30,861 bases of DNA from Patescibacteria group bacterium (GTDB taxonomy: Bacteria > Patescibacteriota > Minisyncoccia > Phycocordibacterales > JBBUBG01), in NCBI GenBank assembly GCA_040384765.1, contig JAZKIQ010000003.1, forward strand, positions 51,461 through 82,321, given 5' to 3'. The position numbers were made by a program, and so were the translations under genes. Positions 27,449 through 30,861 of this stretch are shown piece after piece. The notes beneath the pieces were generated by a model. It had not been told where the DNA came from. It searched no databases and worked only from the letters and a program-made list of their open reading frames with translations. Numbering within the stretch: the stretch's first letter is position 1; every line of letters begins with the position of its first letter.

Positions 27449-27471
27449 TGGGTGCAGACTACCATGCACTT

Positions 27472-27520
27472 ATAAAAACATGAACGGGTCCGGCTGTGCC
27501 GAACCCGTTCATGTTTTTAT
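27472..27520 (-). terminator. Long hairpin/terminator after the oxidoreductase gene
   Basis: An 18-bp perfect arm ATAAAAACATGAACGGGT plus an inner CGGC/GCCG stem. The one mismatch becomes a G-U pair on the minus-strand transcript. Confidence 0.75.
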
Positions 27521-27535
27521 CCTCTCTACGGTTCT

Positions 27536-28624
27536 CTATTTTGGAAAATGCATATCCCACAAAGAGTAGTCTACGGGTACTGTTTTCTTCTCCGCAGCTG
27601 ACTTGTGAGCCGCAGTCAGGAGAAGCGACGAGTAGATGCCATTCTTGAGATGAATTGGTGATGATTCATAGGCAATCTCGCCCGAGGCGATCCCCATCAT
27701 ATGCTTCATCTCTCGAGCAAACTCTTCAACGCGTGTTTTCTCAAGAGGATGCTTCTCTGCCGGAACACCCTTCTTCTCAAACTGCACCTCGTCAGCAGTT
27801 TTTGACACATCGTTGAGCCAGGTAATATGTGCGCTTTCAAACTGAAGCTCTACCGCTTTTCGTTTTGTTGGGGTGGTTACCACATCCTGAGCAATCGTAC
27901 CCAGCAGACCCTTTTCGGTAGTAACGTTTGCGAGGAAAATGCTGTCGTATGTTGCTCCCTTATGATCGACATACTGAATCGAGGCCGAAACATCAGCCGG
28001 GCGGCCCATCCCTGCAACCTCGGCAAAATGTATCCAGAGGTTAATGGCATGCGAGTGTTCGCCACCTGCGCCTCCACCGCGCTTCCAATAGCCAAGGTAG
28101 GTATCCTCCGGACCCGAGAGCCATGGATGAGCTGCGAAAATATTCTGCCAATGGCTGCGTACTTCTGAGGTGAGGTTTACGAGAGCACCAATATCGCCAG
28201 TGCCCATTAGCTTGCGAGTAAGCTCTGAGTTTGCTGCAAGCAAGTGGTTGAAGCCGACAAGAACTTTCGTTTCCGGATGACTCTTTACCGCCTGGAGAAA
28301 GGGCCCAAGGTCGTCCGTTGGAGAGCAGAGCGGCTTCTCGATCATAAGCACCTTCGGACGATTAGCACTTTCAAGGACCTTAATGGCAAGCGCGAGGTGA
28401 CTATCAGGAGGCGTCCCGATAATCACGATATCAGCCTGCTCATCTGATGGACCGCCAAGCCTTACTTCGTTGTTCCAGGCGCCGTAGCGCTTTGCGTAAA
28501 TTTCAGGAAAACGGGCAAGGGCTTCAGGAGAAAGATCCTCCACGGACACCGCACAGCCGTATTCAACCGCCGCACGAGAATGATGAATACCTATTGAACC
28601 AGCCCCAATAATACGAATGTTCAT
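27536..28624 (-). CDS. Gfo/Idh/MocA-family NAD(P)-dependent oxidoreductase
   Basis: IIGAGSIG, IIGTPPDSH, IEKPL, VGFNH, GGGAGGEHSHAIN. Confidence 0.9.
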   Translation of the reverse strand: MNIRIIGAGSIGIHHSRAAVEYGCAVSVEDLSPEALARFPEIYAKRYGAWNNEVRLGGPSDEQADIVIIGTPPDSHLALAIKVLESANRPKVLMIEKPLCSPTDDLGPFLQAVKSHPETKVLVGFNHLLAANSELTRKLMGTGDIGALVNLTSEVRSHWQNIFAAHPWLSGPEDTYLGYWKRGGGAGGEHSHAINLWIHFAEVAGMGRPADVSASIQYVDHKGATYDSIFLANVTTEKGLLGTIAQDVVTTPTKRKAVELQFESAHITWLNDVSKTADEVQFEKKGVPAEKHPLEKTRVEEFAREMKHMMGIASGEIAYESSPIHLKNGIYSSLLLTAAHKSAAEKKTVPVDYSLWDMHFPK

Positions 28625-28635
28625 ACGAGTTAAAA

Positions 28636-29355
28636 TTATACGTTCATGCGGTCTCTAAGTAACATCTCGGCAATACGAAAATCGAGGAGAGTATCGATAT
28701 TTGTCGACTCTTCCTGCGCCATTATAAACCCTTTTACTCGCTTGCCAAGCGATGAGTGTTGCTCGAAAAGAGTTCGCGGATTGATGACGTTTACACACGA
28801 ATTTTGCACATACGCCGCAGGCAGTTTTTGCCGAGGCTGCTTTGAGGCTTCTTTGATACCTGAAACAGATTCTGGAATAAAGGGCGTTGCGAAACCCCCG
28901 TCATCAATTGCGTATGTTTTGAAAGGATGCGCTGGAGACTTTACCACCGTGATAAGCGAATCGATCGAAGGGTCAACCAAGTACGCTTCTATACAGTCGT
29001 CGATGTGCTGCGAAGTGCGCAAAGGGTTCGTGGGCTTAAGCTGCACCACAATATCTGGCTTGTAGCCATCATGCTTCCCAAGCTCCGTGAGAGCATGCAA
29101 GAGAAGATCGATACTTTTTGAGCCATCTTGTGCATACTCGGCAGGTCGCAAAAAGGGAACCTCTGCACCCGCGGCACGCGCAACTTCGGCTATTGCTGCA
29201 TCGTCAGTGCTTACAATCGTGCGAGATATTTTCTTCGAACCACGCGCTGCTTCGACCGTCCATGCAATAAGCGGCTTACCTGCAAGCTCTTTTATATTCT
29301 TGCCAGGTATCCCCTTTGATCCTCCACGCGCTTGTATTATTGCGAGTATCTCCAT
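28636..29355 (-). CDS. neuA: Acylneuraminate cytidylyltransferase (CMP-ulosonate synthetase)
   Basis: IIQARGGSKGIPGKNI..LAGKPLIAWT, VSTDD, FLRPAE, LKPTNPLR, RQKLP, NIDTLLDF. Confidence 0.95.
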   Translation of the reverse strand: MEILAIIQARGGSKGIPGKNIKELAGKPLIAWTVEAARGSKKISRTIVSTDDAAIAEVARAAGAEVPFLRPAEYAQDGSKSIDLLLHALTELGKHDGYKPDIVVQLKPTNPLRTSQHIDDCIEAYLVDPSIDSLITVVKSPAHPFKTYAIDDGGFATPFIPESVSGIKEASKQPRQKLPAAYVQNSCVNVINPRTLFEQHSSLGKRVKGFIMAQEESTNIDTLLDFRIAEMLLRDRMNV

Positions 29356-29356
29356 A

Positions 29357-29983
29357 TTAGACCGTGGGCTTATTTACAACCTCAACACACCACCGGCCAC
29401 GCTCGTGATCAAACAGTGCGCTACTCAGTCCGCAATAGTCCTGTGCAATACGCGCACGCTTGCCGTACGGAATCCCGAGCATTGCCCCAAGGAGTACCCG
29501 TATCACATTGCCATGGATTATGTACACAACTGTTTTGCCGCGATATTCGCGTAGATGCGCATCAAGGACCGGAAGAGCGCGATGCTCAACATCCTCGAAA
29601 CTTTCTCCTCCTTCGGGGCGAGGATCCTCTTCTCGCGCCCACGCTTCTGTGATTTCCGGATATCGCTTATCAAAATCAGTTTTGGGCGTACCCTCCGCCA
29701 CTCCCTTAGAGCGTTCGCGCAGGTCCGCGATCTCGGCATAGGGCACCTCCGGTCGAACAGACCGAAGTGGAAGCGCAGTGTCGCGTGCACGAAGCGCCGT
29801 ACTCGCAAACAAGAGATCGAAGGGTTCGGAAGCAAGCTTCGAGACAAGTATGTGTGCCTGCTCGTGACCAAGATCAGTAAGTGGCACCTCGAGACCAGTA
29901 CCTTGTACGATACCAAGCTCGCTCGCCATGCTTTTTGCGTGGCGAACAAAAATAAAACGAGTGAAGCGTGCAGGTTGTTCCAT
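29357..29983 (-). CDS. Histidine phosphatase (phosphoglycerate mutase-like) family protein
   Basis: FVRHAKS, LTDLG..QA, S...RA..T, LRER, GGES, IHGNVIR. Likely start ATG 29983; the gene ends 1 nt before the neuA ATG. Confidence 0.9.
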   Translation of the reverse strand: MEQPARFTRFIFVRHAKSMASELGIVQGTGLEVPLTDLGHEQAHILVSKLASEPFDLLFASTALRARDTALPLRSVRPEVPYAEIADLRERSKGVAEGTPKTDFDKRYPEITEAWAREEDPRPEGGESFEDVEHRALPVLDAHLREYRGKTVVYIIHGNVIRVLLGAMLGIPYGKRARIAQDYCGLSSALFDHERGRWCVEVVNKPTV

Positions 29984-30030
29984 ACGTACCCTAAAACTAT
30001 CACTGCGCCCGCGGAGTAACAAGGAGAGTG

Positions 30031-30783
30031 CTACTTACCCTTCTTGAGATGGTAGAGGCCAACAGCTCCTCCCGAACGCTTTGCATCAGCAATAAACTCC
30101 TTTTCGAGTCCAAGCCATTCGTTGAACTTCCGAATGTTACCTTCCGTGGTTTTAAAAGATTCACCCAATAGTACTTTAGGAAGACGTAGGTTGAAATCCT
30201 GTATAAGCTTCTCACCTTGTGCCCAGTCAAAATCTACCGTTTTCCAAGAGAGCTTCATACCCAGTTTTTTTGCCCACTCCATAAATATGCGCGGGGTAAA
30301 AAAATGCAGGTCCGCCAGAGTTATTTTTGCACCAAAAAGCATACGGAGCATGAGGAGCATCGACCCCCTTCCATTTGCCCAGTTTGGAACCGTGATAATA
30401 ATCGATCCTTTAGGGCGGGTAAGCTCCGAAAATTTCTCTACTACAGCAAACGGATTATCCATATGCTCAAGCATCCCCATCGAAAGCACAATGTCATACG
30501 TACCTGTAAAACGGGTGACATCGGCAACTTCATACTTCAAGTTTTTAGCACTATAGCTAGCCTGAGCCGTCTCTACAGCCTTAGGAGAATAGTCGATGCC
30601 TGTCACAAACTTTGCGCCTTTTTTTGCAATGAGATACGCCACCTCTCCTCCACCAGAGCCAATATCAAGCACCGTCTTCCCTTTCCAATTCGTAAGCGCC
30701 AGCACCGAAAGCTTTTCAATGGTTGTTTTATCAGAGCCCAAAAGAAGCTTCGTGTAATGCTTTTTCTCGCCCTTTTCGTACAC
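30031..30783 (-). CDS. Class I SAM-dependent methyltransferase (5' end possibly frameshifted)
   Basis: VLDIGSGGG, GIDYS, YDIVLSMGMLEHMDNP, IIITVPN. The frame stays open upstream to a TAA at 30808-30810. Confidence 0.85.
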   Translation of the reverse strand: MYEKGEKKHYTKLLLGSDKTTIEKLSVLALTNWKGKTVLDIGSGGGEVAYLIAKKGAKFVTGIDYSPKAVETAQASYSAKNLKYEVADVTRFTGTYDIVLSMGMLEHMDNPFAVVEKFSELTRPKGSIIITVPNWANGRGSMLLMLRMLFGAKITLADLHFFTPRIFMEWAKKLGMKLSWKTVDFDWAQGEKLIQDFNLRLPKVLLGESFKTTEGNIRKFNEWLGLEKEFIADAKRSGGAVGLYHLKKGK

Positions 30784-30861
30784 CTTGTCGTAAAAAGATT
30801 TAAGTTCTTAGGCCTTTGTTTATTCACGGCGCTGGCGTCCTTAACTTATATTTTTATTGAT

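Noticed and set aside
1-30861. CRISPR arrays, tRNA/rRNA, IS elements, integrases, alternative genetic code
   Set aside because: No spaced direct repeats, cloverleafs or transposase/integrase motifs were seen by eye. TGA serves as a stop codon in ATGA gene overlaps.

Overview
This is a gene-dense bacterial window (genetic code 11, ATGA overlaps), mostly on the minus strand. Nearly all of it is one large surface-glycan biosynthesis and tailoring locus. It holds about 8 glycosyltransferase-type genes (3 GT4, GT9, GT2, a GT-C-like membrane protein, and two related GT-B proteins that are candidate CMP-ulosonate transferases), 8 SAM-methyltransferase domains (including TylF and FkbM types) and two paralogous Fe(II)/2-oxoglutarate dioxygenases. 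There are two sugar-precursor modules. (i) At 3.3-7.8 kb: transaldolase, AraD, a cupin-cupin-HAD fusion, an HldE-like kinase and an RpiB-nucleotidyltransferase fusion. This looks like a GmhA-independent route to an NDP-heptose or NDP-octose. (ii) At 24.6-30 kb: a NeuB-SAF-cupin fusion, an APH-like kinase, a Gfo/Idh/MocA oxidoreductase, NeuA and a histidine phosphatase, with no amino-sugar (NeuC/Pse/Leg) genes inside the window. A GC-richer EamA + inositol-monophosphatase pair and an EEP gene are interspersed. Several genes appear to be leaderless. The overall style suggests a Patescibacteria/CPR genome, but that is inference only. I saw no rRNA, tRNA, CRISPR array or mobile element. All family calls come from motifs read by eye; no searches were run.
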